Assembly: GCF_035594765.1 (NCBI RefSeq)
Contig: NC_085844.1
Coordinates: 17,685,923 to 17,749,922 of the forward strand
Direction of reading: 5' to 3'
Length of the DNA stretch: 64,000 nt
Origin: Anolis carolinensis
Lineage: Eukaryota
Under the pieces are notes generated by a model, which made no database searches, was not told the DNA's origin, and was given only the letters and a program-made list of their open reading frames with translations. Made by a program: the position numbers and the translations under genes. Within the stretch, counting starts at the first letter, position 1. Each line of letters begins with the position of its first letter. Shown one piece after another: positions 10,288-23,423 of the stretch.

Positions 10288-11243
10288 TTTTTTTTTATAT
10301 ATATATATTTTATTGAGGGGTTTTATATACAGTATCATAAAAGAGACATAGCTAGGGGGAAGGTAAAGGAGGAAAAAGAAAAAAAATAAACAAAAACAAA
10401 AACAAAAAAAGGGGGGGGGAAGAGGCAATGAGGGGGATAAAGGAATAAAATAGGGTGGAAGGGGGGGATTGGAAAATTAGGGGGTAATTGTCGATCTTCC
10501 ATTCTCAGCACCTCGGTTTAATTTTTCACTGTTAGTCTCTTCTCCCAATTCTCTCTGGTTGGATTTGTATCTTAGTCTATCAGTTCCAAATCCTGTAAAT
10601 TCATCTTTACATTAAATCTTCAAGTTGATTTCTTATATTCTTCATAAGATGTCCAGACTGTGCGCTTAATTGGTTTTTCTCTGTGTGTTCTGACCAGAAA
10701 TGTTAATAAGTCCATATCATATATTTCATCTAATTTGTCAAGCCAGACCTCAATATTAGGAATATTATGCAATTTCCAATATTTAGCAAATACAATTCTT
10801 GCCGCCGTACTTATATAAGTAAATAAAATATCATCATTTCTATCAAACTTTGTGTCTTTATCAGTTATTCCCAGCAGATAGTATTCTGGTTTTAATGGGA
10901 AAGTCTTTTTTAGTATTTTCTGAGTTTCTATGTGGATCACTTTCCAAAATCTATGTGTTTCCTTGCAAGACCACCAAACATGGAAGAAGGATCCCACTTG
11001 TTTCCTGCATTTCCAACACTTGTTTTGTACATTTGGATACATTATCCCTAATTTTTTTGGAGTGATATACCACCTATGGAAAATTTTTAACCAATTCTCC
11101 TTCAGAGCAATAGCATAAGTGTAATTTAATTTTTTGGTCCATACTTGTTCCCATTCCTCAAATTTAATTTGTCTACCGATGTTTCTGGCCCATTTCACCA
11201 TACATACTTTTACAGTTTCAGTTTCACAGATGCCCACATTCTG
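10288..11243 (-). mobile_element. 5'-truncated L1-clade LINE (ORF2 C-terminus, 3'UTR, A-rich tail)
   Basis: Open 205-aa ORF 10620-11237 with CCHC motif CWKC...HVWWSC and AARIVFAKYWK. AATAAA and poly(A) on the minus strand near 10290-10312. Confidence 0.9.
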
Positions 11244-11457
11244 ATGTCAACAGAGGTGTTCAGGATACTTAGGAGCTTTCATGGAGCTTCTTGGTTAGCC
11301 AAGAATGGCAACAGCAGTGACATGGTGTACATCTACTTTTATTCCTTAATGCGGATTGAAGGCATCCAAAAATGCAATGTTTTAATGACACATGGCACAA
11401 CTGCATGCAGGAACACCCATTGGGGTTTTAAGTCAGGATAAGCAAAATTGTGGGATA

Positions 11458-11790
11458 CAGTGTTTCCTCACTTATCGCTGGGGTTAGGTTCCAGGACTGC
11501 CCGCAATAAGTGAAAATCCACGAAGTAGGGACGCTATATATTTATACATTATTTTACTAGTTATACACTATTTTAAGTCTTTATCAACCAATCGTGTGTT
11601 GATAAATCGCCTCCTTCTCCTCCCGTTTCTGTTTGGGCTCCTTTTCTCTCCCTTCGGCTTCTCCTTCCTCCCTTCCTTAGGCTGTAAATTGTGATTTTTT
11701 ATGATTTATAATATTATTTTATAGTTGATTGAAAAACCGCAAAACAGCGAATCTGCAAAAAGCAAACCACAAAGTAGTGAGGGAACACTG
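11458..11790. mobile_element. Tc1/mariner MITE (CAGTGTTCCCTCAC TIR)
   Basis: TIRs and TA TSD. Inverted sister copy at 12230-13088. Confidence 0.9.
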
Positions 11791-12229
11791 TACTTCGAAA
11801 TACGGATGATAATGCGCATCAGTGCATGTAGGTGTCAAAACCACACCACATCATGAAAGTGATTAAGGAATGGGTGTTCCAGCAATCTACGCATACATGT
11901 TGGGGCGGGGGTCATTAGAAAAAAAAGGAACCCACCATAGCCATGAAGCTGTGGATACTGTAGGTCTCAGAAGTGAGTCAGAACCAAGTTCTCCATTGCA
12001 TATAAACACTAGCCAGGCCTTGATGTGTGATCAGATGCACATTTGATTTGTTTCCTCCTCTGCCACTTTTGTCCTGCATTACTTGGTCAGTATAGATGTG
12101 CCCATGACCATGATCCCCCTTTTCTTCATTAGTGAAAAAGTGTGATGGTGCTTATGTCCCATATGGATCACGAATCAGGCTGAATTGGACCCAATATAGC
12201 TGTCCAGACTGCTCCTAAGCTTCAGGATA

Positions 12230-12590
12230 CAGTGTTCCCTCACTACTTCACGGTTCACTTTTCGCGGATTCGCTGTTTCGCAGTGTTTCAATAAACTCTA
12301 AAAGACTATTATAAATCATAAAAAATTACCATTTACAGTCTAAGGAAGGAAGGGAGGAAGGAAGGAGAAGCCAAAGGGAGAGAAAAGAAGCCCAAGCGGC
12401 AACGGGAGGAGAAGGAGGTGATTTATCAACACAGGATTCGTTGATAAAGACATATAACAGTGCAGGGGTCCCCAAACTAAGGCCCGGGGGCCAGATGCGG
12501 CCCATCGAAGCCATTTATCCGGCCCCCACGGCACAAGGGCAGAAGGGGGTTGGGCTAAATGACCCAAGGGGTCTCTTCTTCTCTTACAGC

Positions 12591-12651
<61 letters not shown>

Positions 12652-12689
12652 TTATTATGACACAGCAAACAAGATAGACATGCTGGATT

Positions 12690-12723
<34 letters not shown>

Positions 12724-12834
12724 ACATTGAGGCTGGGTGGCCATCTGTCAGGGGTGCTTTGCTTGTGCTTTCGGTGCACAAAGGCAGAAGGGGATTGGAC
12801 TCAATGGCCCAAGGGGTCTCTTCTAACTCTCTTT

Positions 12835-12867
<33 letters not shown>

Positions 12868-13088
12868 AATTATTATTGCTCGGTGGCCAACTATAGTCCG
12901 GCCCTCCAACGGTCCGAAGGATTGTGAACCGGCCTCCTGTTTAAAAAGTTTGGGGACCCCTGTAATAGTGTATAACTACTAAAATAATATAGAAATATTA
13001 AAATAAATATAGCATCCCTACTTCATGGATTTTCACTCATTGTGGGTGGTCTTGGAACCTAACCCCAGCGATAAGTGAGGGAACACAG
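12230..13088. mobile_element. Tc1/mariner MITE, opposite orientation to 11458-11790, interrupted by a hAT MITE
   Basis: TIRs and TA TSD; homology resumes after 12962. Confidence 0.9.
12463..12962. mobile_element. hAT MITE (same family as 1752-2168) with an R4 3'-end fragment in its (TTA)n tract
   Basis: TIR caggggtccccaaact, TSD taacagtg/taatagtg. acagcaaacaagat at ~12662 matches the R4 3' end at ~2735. Confidence 0.88.
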
Positions 13089-14510
13089 TACTCCAGAATT
13101 TCGAGCAAATTCCAGAATATCTCCTGATTATACTGAGCTCTCCCCCCTCCCAGATATCACTGTGCATTATAAAGACGACCAGCCTTTCATTTGCAGTGAG
13201 CCTGGGATTTTTGGCTTATGTAGACGAGGCCCAGGAGAGAGAATGACCAAGGCAGGCTCATAAAAGGGCTGAAGCTAGAAGGGCGTGAGTCAAAGGAAGT
13301 CACTGTCTCCTAAATAAGAATTCGGACTCCTTATCTATGAATTTTTCTTTCAGTCTTCAAATTTCTAGCATAGCATTAATTTAAAACTTTGGTTGACTAT
13401 TTAGAAATAGAGTTTAGGCATCCAAAGAAAAGGTCAGGCAAAGGCACCAAGGGAATGTGAACACAGAAATACAAGAGTTCTTGGTGTGAGTGATTTTTAC
13501 TTTCTCATTCTTTGCAATGCCAGACATTTGGGGCCTGAAGAAAATGTATTGAAAGGGGCATAATTTTCATGGAAAGGGGTCAATGCTCTCATTTTATTCG
13601 CCCTTTATCTACATCCTTGCCTCTCACTATGAAATCCATAGGTTAGTGGAGACTTGAACCTGAATTGTCCAAATCTCAGGCCAATACTCTACTACACTTC
13701 ATCTTTAGAATTGCTTCCTTATCTGTCTGTGAATTAACTCTGGAAACTAAGTATGTCATCCAATGTGATTCTGTGAGAACACAGACAAGGGTGGGGAATC
13801 TCTGGCTAACCCTGAAGTCAAGTTGTTATGACTACTTGCCATGAAACTATAATCTAAAGGCAAATTGAGCCAAGAAACTGAATGATGTTCATTTCAAATC
13901 GATAAAGCCATTGAACTGTCTGCTTTTTTTGTGTGTCTCTTGGATGAATGAAGCTTAACCAGGAAAAAAATGTTAATGGGAAACACATCCATGGAACACT
14001 CGCTTTGACTACAAACGTTGGGCCGAATGCCAAGCAAAATACTATTTGGGATTTTCTCAGCTTTCTCAGTGTGTTTTCTTTTTTTCCACTAGAATGCTAG
14101 TTTGGGGGCATAATTCTGCTGCTCAGTGGGAGGGGGAAGAGTTTAAATGAAATATTATATTTGGTTCTCCTTTAAATGACAGCCAAGTTAAGTGCATGTG
14201 CTACAGCGGTGGTTTTCCAACTGTGTTCTGGGGAACCCTTGGAGTCCTCAATGGGAAGATCAGTCAACACAGCTAAGCTTCTCTGAAAGATAGATTGCTT
14301 TCTCTTGCAAACTGCTGCCACAAAGGAAGGTAGGTTGTCTACTGTGTTCAGTGTTTGGAAAAGCTACTTTTTAAAAATTGCAACTCCTGGAATCCTCTAC
14401 ATATCTTCTATGAATCTTCCTCAGAATTATGACTATGATGCTTAGTGGGCCTTAATGGGACTGGCCAGTAAAAGACATGAACTGGGTACCTGTTTTAAAA
14501 CCCTCCATAG

Positions 14511-15266
14511 CAGGGGTTCTCAAACTAAACTTTTAAAGCAGAGGACCTGTCCATAATCCTTCAGACCGTTGAAGGGCTGAATTATCATTTGGAAAAAAAT
14601 ACGAATAAATTCCTATGCACACTGCACATGTCTTATTTGTAGTGCAAAAAACAACAACGATAACAACAATGAAAGAACAATAGGTAAAGGTAAAGGTTTC
14701 CCCTGATGTTAAGTCCAGTCATGTCTGACTCTGGGGGTTGGTGCTCATCTCCATTTCTAAGCTGAAGAGCCGGCGTTGTCTGTAGATACTTCCAAGGTCA
14801 TGTGTTCAGCATGACTGCATGGAATGCCATTATCTTCCTGCCGGAGCAGTACCTATTGATCTACTCACATTTGCATGTTTTTGAGCTGCTAGTTTGGCAG
14901 AAGCTGGAGCTAACAGCGGGCGCTCACTCCGCTCCTCGGTTTGAGTTGGGACCTTTCGGTCTGCAAGTTCAGCAGCTCAGCGCTTTAACACACTGAGCCA
15001 CCGGAGGCTCCGAAAGAACAATACAATATTTAAAAATAAAAACAATTTTAACCAACATAAACATATCAGTATTTCAATGGGAAGTGTGGGCCTGCTTCTG
15101 GCTAATGAGATAGTCAAGATAATTAGGATTGTTGTGGTTGTTGTTGTGTGTCTTCAAGTCACTTCAGATTTTTGGTGAGCCTAAGTCTAAAACTGAGGGT
15201 GAGGGCCAAGTAAATGATCTTGGAGGGCCGCATCTGGCCCATGGGCCTTAGTTTTGGGGACTCCTG
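14511..15266. mobile_element. Non-autonomous hAT element containing a Sauria SINE
   Basis: TIR caggggttctcaaact / agttttggggactcctg, TSD ctccatag/ctccataa. Confidence 0.85.
14683..15011 (-). mobile_element. Full-length Sauria SINE
   Basis: tRNA-like head ggagcctccggtggctcagtgtgttaaagcgctgagc, (ACCTTT)n tail, 12-bp TSD GAAAGAACAATA. Confidence 0.93.
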
Positions 15267-15437
15267 CTCCATAAGTTGCACATTGAAGACCTTAGAGATG
15301 GGAGAAGAATACTGAAAAGTGAACAATTGTCATCATAGAATCATAGAATTGGAAGAAACCACAAAGTCCATTCACTCCAACTCCCTGCCATGGAAGAACA
15401 TACGATCAAAGCATTGTTAACAGATGGTGCAATTGAG

Positions 15438-15585
15438 GCCCCTTCTACACTGCCCTATATCCCAGGATCTCATCCCAGATTGTCTGATTAAAGATGGATT
15501 ATATGAACCTTCACTGCCAGATAATCTGGGATAAGAAGATAATCTGGAATCAGATCTTGGGATATAGGGTAGTGTAGAAGGGGCC
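15438..15585. mobile_element. PIF/Harbinger-type palindromic MITE
   Basis: Long TIRs ggccccttctacactgccctatatcccaggatct with 3-bp TGA flanks. Related copy at 43201-43354. Confidence 0.85.
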
Positions 15586-15859
15586 TGAGAAAGAGTTGGC
15601 TTCTTGGCCCAAAATGTGCATATAAAAATATGTGCATTAGGCAAAGTAGTGTACAAAAATCTCTGCATTCAGAAAGAGATGTACAACAAATGTGAAAGAG
15701 GGTAGAAATTGGACAGAAGACATTGATGCACGTGAAACACATGTAAAACATGTGCTATAGATTGATTTGTACATTCTTGGCTACTACCAGCATCCAAGGG
15801 TTGCTGGTAGACCATAGTTGGAGGATGCATATCTACCATCATCATCAGGGGCACAATGG

Positions 15860-16105
15860 ATTAAACCCTTGTGCTGTTGAATTGCTGACCTGAAGATTGG
15901 CAGTTCGAATCTGTGGGACTGGGTGGGCTCCTTCTGTTAGCCCTAGTTCCTGTTAACTTAGTCCAAAAACATGCCAATGTGAGCAGATAAATAGGTTTTG
16001 CTTCGGTGGGTAAAGGCAAAAAGATGATCCAAGCAACCATGTCGGCCACATGACCAGAAGGTGACAATGCAAGCTCCTTGGCTTGGAAATGGAGAAGAGC
16101 ACCAG
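15860..16105 (+). mobile_element. Old diverged Sauria-type SINE
   Basis: B-box gttcgaatc and body similar to the younger Sauria SINEs in the window. Confidence 0.6.
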
Positions 16106-17174
16106 ATGTCCCCCGTCCACCCCAAAATCTTATTCTGAGACAGAGGAGGCCTGTGAAGATGGTGGAGGAAGAAATCCCGGGAGCTACAGGTTTGTGTGGG
16201 AGCATGTTCTCAGGTCCCAGGTTTCTTTGTCCTCTCTGCAAAACTCTTATTTTCATGCTGTCTGGAAGCACCCCTAGAAATTAACTGGTAAAAAAAGAGC
16301 AATATCTTTATTTATCAGTTTCCACTTCCACCGAAGACCTATGCCACTAACCCCAGGAATGGAGGACTGACTGTATATCCTTCTTAATTCACCCAGACCT
16401 ACACTATGCTGGCTCTTTCCTGCTTCTTTTGTCCAAGTGAAGGCCTTTCCCTACTCCTTTCTTTGGCGGTAGCTGCAAAATAATACTGTGCCAATGGGAA
16501 ACCATCCACATGGCAGAAGAGAAGTAACACTTGTGTTTTGAAGAACATCATTTGGGGCTTGTCTGGAGACTCTTCCCTCCTTCCTTTCTTGAGACTAAGA
16601 GAAAAATAAATAGGAGCAGTAGAGGGAGCTCTCAACTCATAAACCCAGAAAGCACTGATATAGTTGTTACAATGCAGATGAGAACATTTTCACCAACAAG
16701 GCTCAAAATCTGTAGACTGAAGTAGCTTATATTAAAGTTAGAAAGTTATATTCAGTGTCTTGACAATGAAACTTCTGACAAAATGGACATAGCATTGGGC
16801 TGTCCTTGTAGAAATATGAGCTTGGCAAGGATCCCATGTCAAGGCTGCCTAGCATAAACCCTCATGGTTCAGAGTTTTAGGCTGCTTGTGTTACCTTGCT
16901 TTGAACACCAGCTTTGTGCACTTGAATACAAAGCCAAAGGAGGAACAGGTACTCTTTGGCCACATATACAAAGGCACCACATGTGCCACTTCCCTTAGCT
17001 TGAACTGAACACAGATGTTTCACATTGGAGATAAATGCACAATTACTGCCAGAGAGGGCTTTATGCATGTGTAAGACACTGACAGATTTCTGGCCAAAGT
17101 TACCAGCTCAAATCTTGGCATTCGGTCTGATCTCAAAGCCTTTTCTCTGTGTACGTTGCATGGGGAAAACCTCT

Positions 17175-17325
17175 TTAAAGATTTGAAAGGCTATCATATT
17201 GACAAGGGAGGAAGCTTGTTTTCTGTTGCCTCAGGGACTAAGACACAGAACAATGGATTCAAACTACAGGAAACGAGATTCTATCTAAATATTGGAAAGA
17301 ACATCTTGATGGTAAGACCTACATG
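17175..17325 (+). mobile_element. CR1 LINE ORF2 3' fragment
   Basis: agcttgttttctg...aatggattcaaactacagg...attggaaagaac, the CR1 RT end. Similar pieces at 36970-37295 and 50250-50975. Confidence 0.7.
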
Positions 17326-17507
17326 ACAGAAAGGTTTGAAGACCCCCATAGAAATCTAAAAGCATGGATAACAGCATACTTTATACTTCAACTATACTGG
17401 AGGACCTAGAGAGGTCCATAAAGACTTTGGTGCTGCTGGTGGTTGGGGAAGAGTATTTTTTGTAGTATAAATAAGTGAAACTGTGTATATTGCATCTGTG
17501 GACCAGC

Positions 17508-17790
17508 CAGGGCCGTAGCCAGAAAAAAATTTCAGGAGGGGTTTTGAAAATTTCAGGGGGGGGGGGGTGAACCCCTGACCCAACCACTCCCCGAGTTTAG
17601 ACCTGTCAATATCTGCTTGAGATAGTGCCTGGAGGGACTCTTAATTTTTTGAGTCTCATAGACTTAGTATGGGCATTTGGTTAACCAGTTAAAATTCATG
17701 AGTAAACCAGGTTTTTTTTTTAACCTGAAAATTTTCGGGGGGGGGGGTGAACCCCTAACCCCCCCCCCCCCCCCCCTGGCTACAGGCCTG
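17508..17790. mobile_element. hAT MITE with poly-G/C tracts
   Basis: TIR cagggccgtagccag / ctggctacaggcctg, perfect 8-bp TSD GGACCAGC. Confidence 0.9.
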
Positions 17791-18052
17791 GGACCAGCAG
17801 TTCCTATTGTACTCTTCAGACAGAAAAATATATGAAAGTCCCATGTTTTGCTCTTGAACAAAGTAAATAATATTTTGGATGTTCACATGATGTTTGTCTC
17901 ATTTTAAAGACTCATTGAAAATTGGTGAGAGTCCACAGAAAAAGCAAAAGATTTAACCCCGCCCCAAAAGAATTGGGGCAGGAATTCCCATTATCAATTT
18001 CCATTGGCCATGCTATCTGTGGCATCCGGGAGTTGAAGTCCAGACCATAAAG

Positions 18053-18890
18053 GCTTATCATCCCTTATCTGGAATTCCAAAACTCAAAATACACCAAATC
18101 CAAAATTGTCCATATGGATGGTCGAAATAGTGACACCTTTGCTTTCTGATGGTTCAGTGTACACCAATTTGTTTCATGCACCAAAGTATTATAAAATTAC
18201 CATCAGGTATGTGGATCAAGTTTATATGCAATCTAAATGAATGTTGTGTTTAAACTTGGGTCCCATCTCCCAGAAAGCTCATGATGTGTATGTGTATGCG
18301 AACACAGGGCACAAAACGTGGGCTCTCTTGGACTTTTTCCCGAGGCGTCCTAATGATGCCTCATGTTAAAGTGAATTAATTCAGGTGTCCCGAATTAATT
18401 GAGCACTGTATTAAACCCGGGTCTTTTCGAAAGACCTGGGTCTAATCCAGTATGGGCTCTGTGGGGACTGCTCCCTTGGAATTCCTGGGACTCTTGAGGA
18501 GGCAGTGCTCACAACTCTTTTGCATTTTCCGGGCACAATCAGCCCTGAAAATCCAGAGGGCTGTAACCACTCCCCCCCAAAAAACTTTTAAAATCCTGCA
18601 AAAATTTTAAATAACTTACCCGGCTGCCATTGCCCTGTTGGCGGAGCTCTCCTGACACATAGAAATGATGCTCCAGGAGAAGGGGGGCAATTTTTAAGGC
18701 TTTTCTGGGTTTTTTTTTTTTGGTGTCTGGGTGCCCTGGAAAGCACAGATTTTGGGGAAGGTGTGTGGACTTTAACCCACACACAATCCGGTTTGGTAAA
18801 TCCAATTGGGTGCGGGTTAAAGGCCTGTCTGGAACTGGCCATAGATATTCAAAAATCTCGAGCATTTCAAATAAGGGATACTCAATCTGC
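18053..18890. mobile_element. Tigger-like MITE interrupted (~18303-18840) by a Harbinger-like element
   Basis: Outer parts match 9852-10153. The insert ends in ggcctgtctggaactggcc. Confidence 0.6.
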
Positions 18891-19480
18891 ATGACACAAC
18901 AAGATGTAACACATTTTCTTTATTGGTATAACAAGTAATGGCTTCTAGTTATTTCAAAAAACTGCTTTTTGAGGGCATTATTAGGAATTTCTAGTGGCAT
19001 ATTGTTAGAGTAACTCACATAGATATGTGTGCATTACTTGTAGAGTAACTCACAACACCATGAATGAGCTACTTTTGGCACACTATGATAATATATTTTT
19101 GAACAAACTGGTACATCAAATAGGAATGAATGGCTGTTCAGAATAACCCTTCCAAGTTCCTGGGGTTCTCAGCAAGTGCAGAGGTGTCATAATTCATGGA
19201 AGCATGGAGGTACTCCCTTACATAAGAAATAAGAAGCAGAAACCCTTGCAGGTTCTTTCAAACATAGTGAGCCCATTGATCTACCATGAACACAGACCAG
19301 GAGTTTGAAGTGAAGCAACTTTTTTCACCTCTCCCAATGATTCATAGTAATTTGAAACAAAGAACACTAATGTAACCGTCTCCCTTTCCCTCCTAATTTA
19401 AAGAAAACTCCCTCGGCTCCTTAAAAAGTCATGTGTTCTTCTAAGTTGCCTCCACAGGGAAGATGGCTGTGGATACTCAC

Positions 19481-19592
19481 TGGCGGGATTGTGATAAAGC
19501 TTTGGGAACATCTGTTCCTGTTTTGGAACGCTTGAACACAGCTGAGCAGCTTGCCAGAAAATATTAACTATAATCCAAAACACTAGACCAGC
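19481..19592 (-). other. Candidate exon (112 nt) of an unidentified minus-strand transcript
   Basis: Acceptor cgtttcttttcag|G and donor CCA|gtgagt. Open frame AGLVFWII...EQMFPKLYHNPA. Non-repetitive DNA. Confidence 0.45.
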
Positions 19593-19931
19593 CTGAAAAG
19601 AAACGTTTTCTTTACTTCTCTTCATTATAAATCTGGATCGCAGGAAACAGGGAGAAGAAGGGCTGGTTTTGCCAGTAGGGGGTTGTCTCAGCCTTCTGCG
19701 TTTGGTGTTTATTAGGAGAGGCGCTTGTTGGAGGGCGCTTCTGGAAATCCTGCTCGTATTTTAGAGGGCAAAACTCAGCAAAGAAAAAGCCCTTTCAGTC
19801 TGCCTTCCATATTGTTAAAAATGGGTAAGGAGACAGGTTTATGGGGTATCTTGTGCTACTTCTTTAGAAAAAAGATGGGAAGAAGGAGGCATCTATTCAC
19901 GCAGTGGCATCACTAATGGCATCACATGGGG

Positions 19932-20018
19932 TTTATTTATTTATTTATTTACTTACAGCATTTATATTCCGCCCTTCTCACTGCAAAGTGGACTAAGGGC
20001 GGATCACATTGTACACAT

Positions 20019-20056
<38 letters not shown>

Positions 20057-21265
20057 TTAATTACTTATTAATCACCCTCCATCCAAGATACTCTAGGCGA
20101 TTTACAAGCTAAATTGTAAAGGATAAAAATACATACATACAAATATTGATAAAATTAACATAGATCAAAAGCTCTAGTAAAAAGCCAGGTCTTAAGTGCT
20201 AGGGTAAAAGGCTCTAACTCAAGCATGGCTCTCATATAGGGTGGCAAGGCATTCCATAAGGCAGGGGCAGAAATAGAAAAAGCTCTGCGTCTGGTCCTTT
20301 CCAAGTGCACTTCTCTAGGACCCGGTACATAAAGTAAGTCGCGTTGGGATGGTCGTTGTGACCTCCAATGATGGGAGAAGGAGAGACAGTCCCTAAGGTA
20401 CGATGGGCCCTGGCCGTAAAGAATTTTAAAGGTCAGAACTAGCATCTTATATAAACCATGGTAATCAGTTGGAAGCCAATGCAGATGCTGCAACTCTGGT
20501 GTTATGTGGCATTTCATGGGTGTTCTTGTGAGTAGCCTGGCTGCCGCATTCTGAACAATACGGAGCTTTCGGGTCGTGGACATCGGAAGGCCAACATACA
20601 GGGCGTTGCAATAGTCCAGCCTAGACGTGACCGTGGCGTGGATGACTGTTGCCAGAGCCTCATCAGATAGATAGGGTGCCAGTTGCCTCGCTTGACATAG
20701 ATGGAAAAAGGCCTGTTTGCTGGCAGCAGCGACCTGAGCTTCCATTGTCAGCTGCGAATCCAAAACGACACCCAGGCTCTTAACGGTAGGCGAAGGAGAT
20801 AGGGCAGCACCATCGAAGGTGGGTAGCAAATGGGTCAAACCAATCGAGCGGCCATGTCAGAGAATCTCAGTCTTCGCCGGGTTCACCTTCAGTCTACTAG
20901 CACGTAGCCAGTTTGACAGAGCCTCCAGGCATAGGGTGGAGGCAAACATTCAATGCCATATAACATAGAACAGAGACAGAGACAGACAGAGGCAATTTAA
21001 ACCTTCTTCAGCTTCCAGCTTCCTGAGGGTATGCTTGATTCCAGCCACAGGGGGAGCAGCTGCTTCATCATCCACTGTGATGGAAACTTCCTCATTTCAA
21101 TGACGGCTGGATGATTTTTATGGTGTCGTAAATTAGCCTCCCCACATATAAGTGGTATCTAAATTTCCTACTTGATAGATGCAACTATCTTTCGGGTTGC
21201 TTAGATCAGCAACGAGCAGGGGCTATATTTTATTTTTAATTGTCGGGTTCTCACCCCAACACGGG
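19932..21265 (-). mobile_element. L2-tailed SINE split by a young L2 insertion
   Basis: 19932-20020 plus the start of 20941-21265 join into sequence matching the SINE at 38803-39042. Confidence 0.7.
20021..20940 (-). mobile_element. Young 5'-truncated L2 LINE with (ATG)n tail
   Basis: Uninterrupted 227-aa ORF 20155-20838 (VKSLGVVLDS...TSRLDYCNALYVGLP...LHWLP...LWNALP). Confidence 0.92.
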
Positions 21266-21496
21266 CTTATTCCTGCCGTTTCGGCATGGAGGCTGGGAAA
21301 CAGCATGGAAACGTCCATTTTGAGATAAGGATATAAGATTGGTGTCATTCAGTGTCATGGTGTCCCTTGAATGCACTTCCTCTCATCCCTGATCATACTT
21401 CAATATTGAAGCTAAAATGCCAAAGAATTTCATGCTCCCAGATGAAACTAGGTGATTTGTGGATAATTGTGACAGTTCTGTCTGGAGCACTTACAC

Positions 21497-21870
21497 ATTG
21501 TTGTTGTTTATTTGTTCAGTCGCTTCTGACTCTTCGTGACCTCATGGTCCATCCTTATTGGATGTCGCCACCCCAGCTCCTTCAAGGTCAAGCCAGTCAC
21601 TTCAAGGATAACATCCATCCATCTCTCCCATGGTCAACCCCTCTTCCTTTTTCTTTCCATTTCCCCCAGCATCATTCTCTTCTCCAAGCTTTCCTGTCTT
21701 CTCATTATGCGGCCATCTTTGCCTCTAATATCCTTCCCTCCAGTGGGCAGCCGGTCTTTATTTCCTGGAGTATGGACTGGTTGGATCTTCTTGTGGTCAA
21801 AGGCACTCTCAGAATTTTCCTCCAGCATCACAGTTTGAAAGCATCTATCTTCCTTTGCTCAGCCTTCCTC
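21497..21870 (-). mobile_element. BovB (RTE) LINE 3' fragment
   Basis: Translation SLEKRMMLGEMERKRKRG and a BovB-type (CAA)n tail. Confidence 0.85.
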
Positions 21871-22003
21871 CCACATTACAAGGTCAAAAAGTAGCCAGTA
21901 GCATAGAATTCTAGCCTTGCAGATCTGTTAATACAGCTCATTTATACGTGTACACTGATGTATAAATCGATCACATGTATAAGTGGCAGGTTTTGGGGCT
22001 AAA

Positions 22004-22286
22004 ACTCTGGGGGTTGGTGCTCATCTCCATTTCTAAGCCAAAAAGCCAGAGTTGTCCATAGACACCTCCAAGGTCATGTGGCCAGCATGACTGCATGGAG
22101 CGCCGTTACCTTCCCGCCAGAGCGATACCTATTGATCTACTCACATTTTCATGTTTTCGAACTGCTAGGTTGGCAGGAGCTGGGGCTAACAGCGGGCGCT
22201 CATTCCGCTCCCGGGATTTGAACCTGGCACCTTTCGGTTCGCAAGTTCAGCAGCTCAGCGCTTTAACACACTGTGCCACCAGGGGC
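22004..22286 (-). mobile_element. Sauria SINE lacking 3' tail
   Basis: Closely matches 14683-15011. Confidence 0.9.
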
Positions 22287-22622
22287 AATCTGGCCTTAAA
22301 AATGATATCTGACTACAGGGCTATTTTTTATTTTAAATTTCTGCAGAAACACTAGTGCAGTTTGTATTTGAAGCTCCTGATGATACAAGTGTCTTCAGCG
22401 GAACATCAATTATTTCTGGAAATCTCTTGCTTTTCAACACCCATTGCTTATTTTACTATGAACCTGAAGAACCTGACTGCCATTACTTTTACTCCTTCTC
22501 CTCTTCCTCTTTCAGAGCTTGGAAGGTTGCTTTTAGAATTGCTGGAAAACTTGAGAGATTTGTTGTTGCCAAAAGAGGGGATGATAAGAAAGGAAAATGT
22601 ATCAGCAACCGAATGTAGGCAA

Positions 22623-22661
22623 ATGATGGTGATGGTGATGATGATGATGATGATGATGATG

Positions 22662-22707
<46 letters not shown>

Positions 22708-23175
22708 CTGCCTAGAAGATCAGGTGGCAGAGGACTCTTACAAGTAAAACAAACAGACAAAGAAGAACATGCCCTGGCAGAATATGTAAAGCAAAGTGAA
22801 GAACCTGCTTTGATTGAAGTCAAAAATCAGAAACTCCTCAAAGCACAGCAGACAAAGAATCAGTACAAGAAACCGCACTACAAACTAGAGCTGACAGCTG
22901 GCACAACAAAACACTGCATGGAAAGTTCCTTGACAAAACTGAAGGAAAAGCTGATAAGGAGAAGACCTGGCTCTGGCTCACGAATGGGACCCTGAAGAAG
23001 GAGACAGAAGGCCTGATCCTTGCAGCCCAGGAGCAAGCCATCAGAACAAATGCAATTAAGGCCAAGATCGAAAAATCAGCTGATGACCCAAAATGCAGAC
23101 TGTACAAGGAAGCTCACGAAACCATTGATCATATCCTCAGCTGCTGTAAGAAAACCACATAGACTGACTACAAAC
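22623..23175 (+). mobile_element. R4/Dong LINE fragment directly downstream of a (GAT)n(AAT)n microsatellite
   Basis: Translation LPRRSGGRGLLQV...LKKETEGLILAAQEQAIRT...C RL.KE..ETIDHILSCC. Confidence 0.85.
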
Positions 23176-23237
23176 TTATGCCTCAGAATCTCGAAGAACT
23201 TCGCTGCTAAAATCCCTCCTTTGCAAGAACAGTCTTC

Positions 23238-23423
23238 NNNNNNNNNNNNNNNNNNNNNNNNNNNNNNNNNNNNNNNNNNNNNNNNNNNNNNNNNNNNNNN
23301 NNNNNNNNNNNNNNNNNNNNNNNNNNNNNNNNNNNNNNNNNNNNNNNNNNNNNNNNNNNNNNNNNNNNNNNNNNNNNNNNNNNNNNNNNNNNNNNNNNNN
23401 NNNNNNNNNNNNNNNNNNNNNNN
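23238..23423. other. Assembly gap (186 N)
   Basis: Run of N. Confidence 1.

Noticed and set aside
14950-15011. tRNA-like A/B boxes here and in other SINE heads
   Set aside because: These are SINE promoters without a complete cloverleaf, not tRNA genes.
22517-22618. Strong + strand polypyrimidine tract and acceptor (tttcag|AGC) followed by open frames
   Set aside because: Only a weak donor (AAT|gtaggc), no recognisable peptide, and it runs into a microsatellite.
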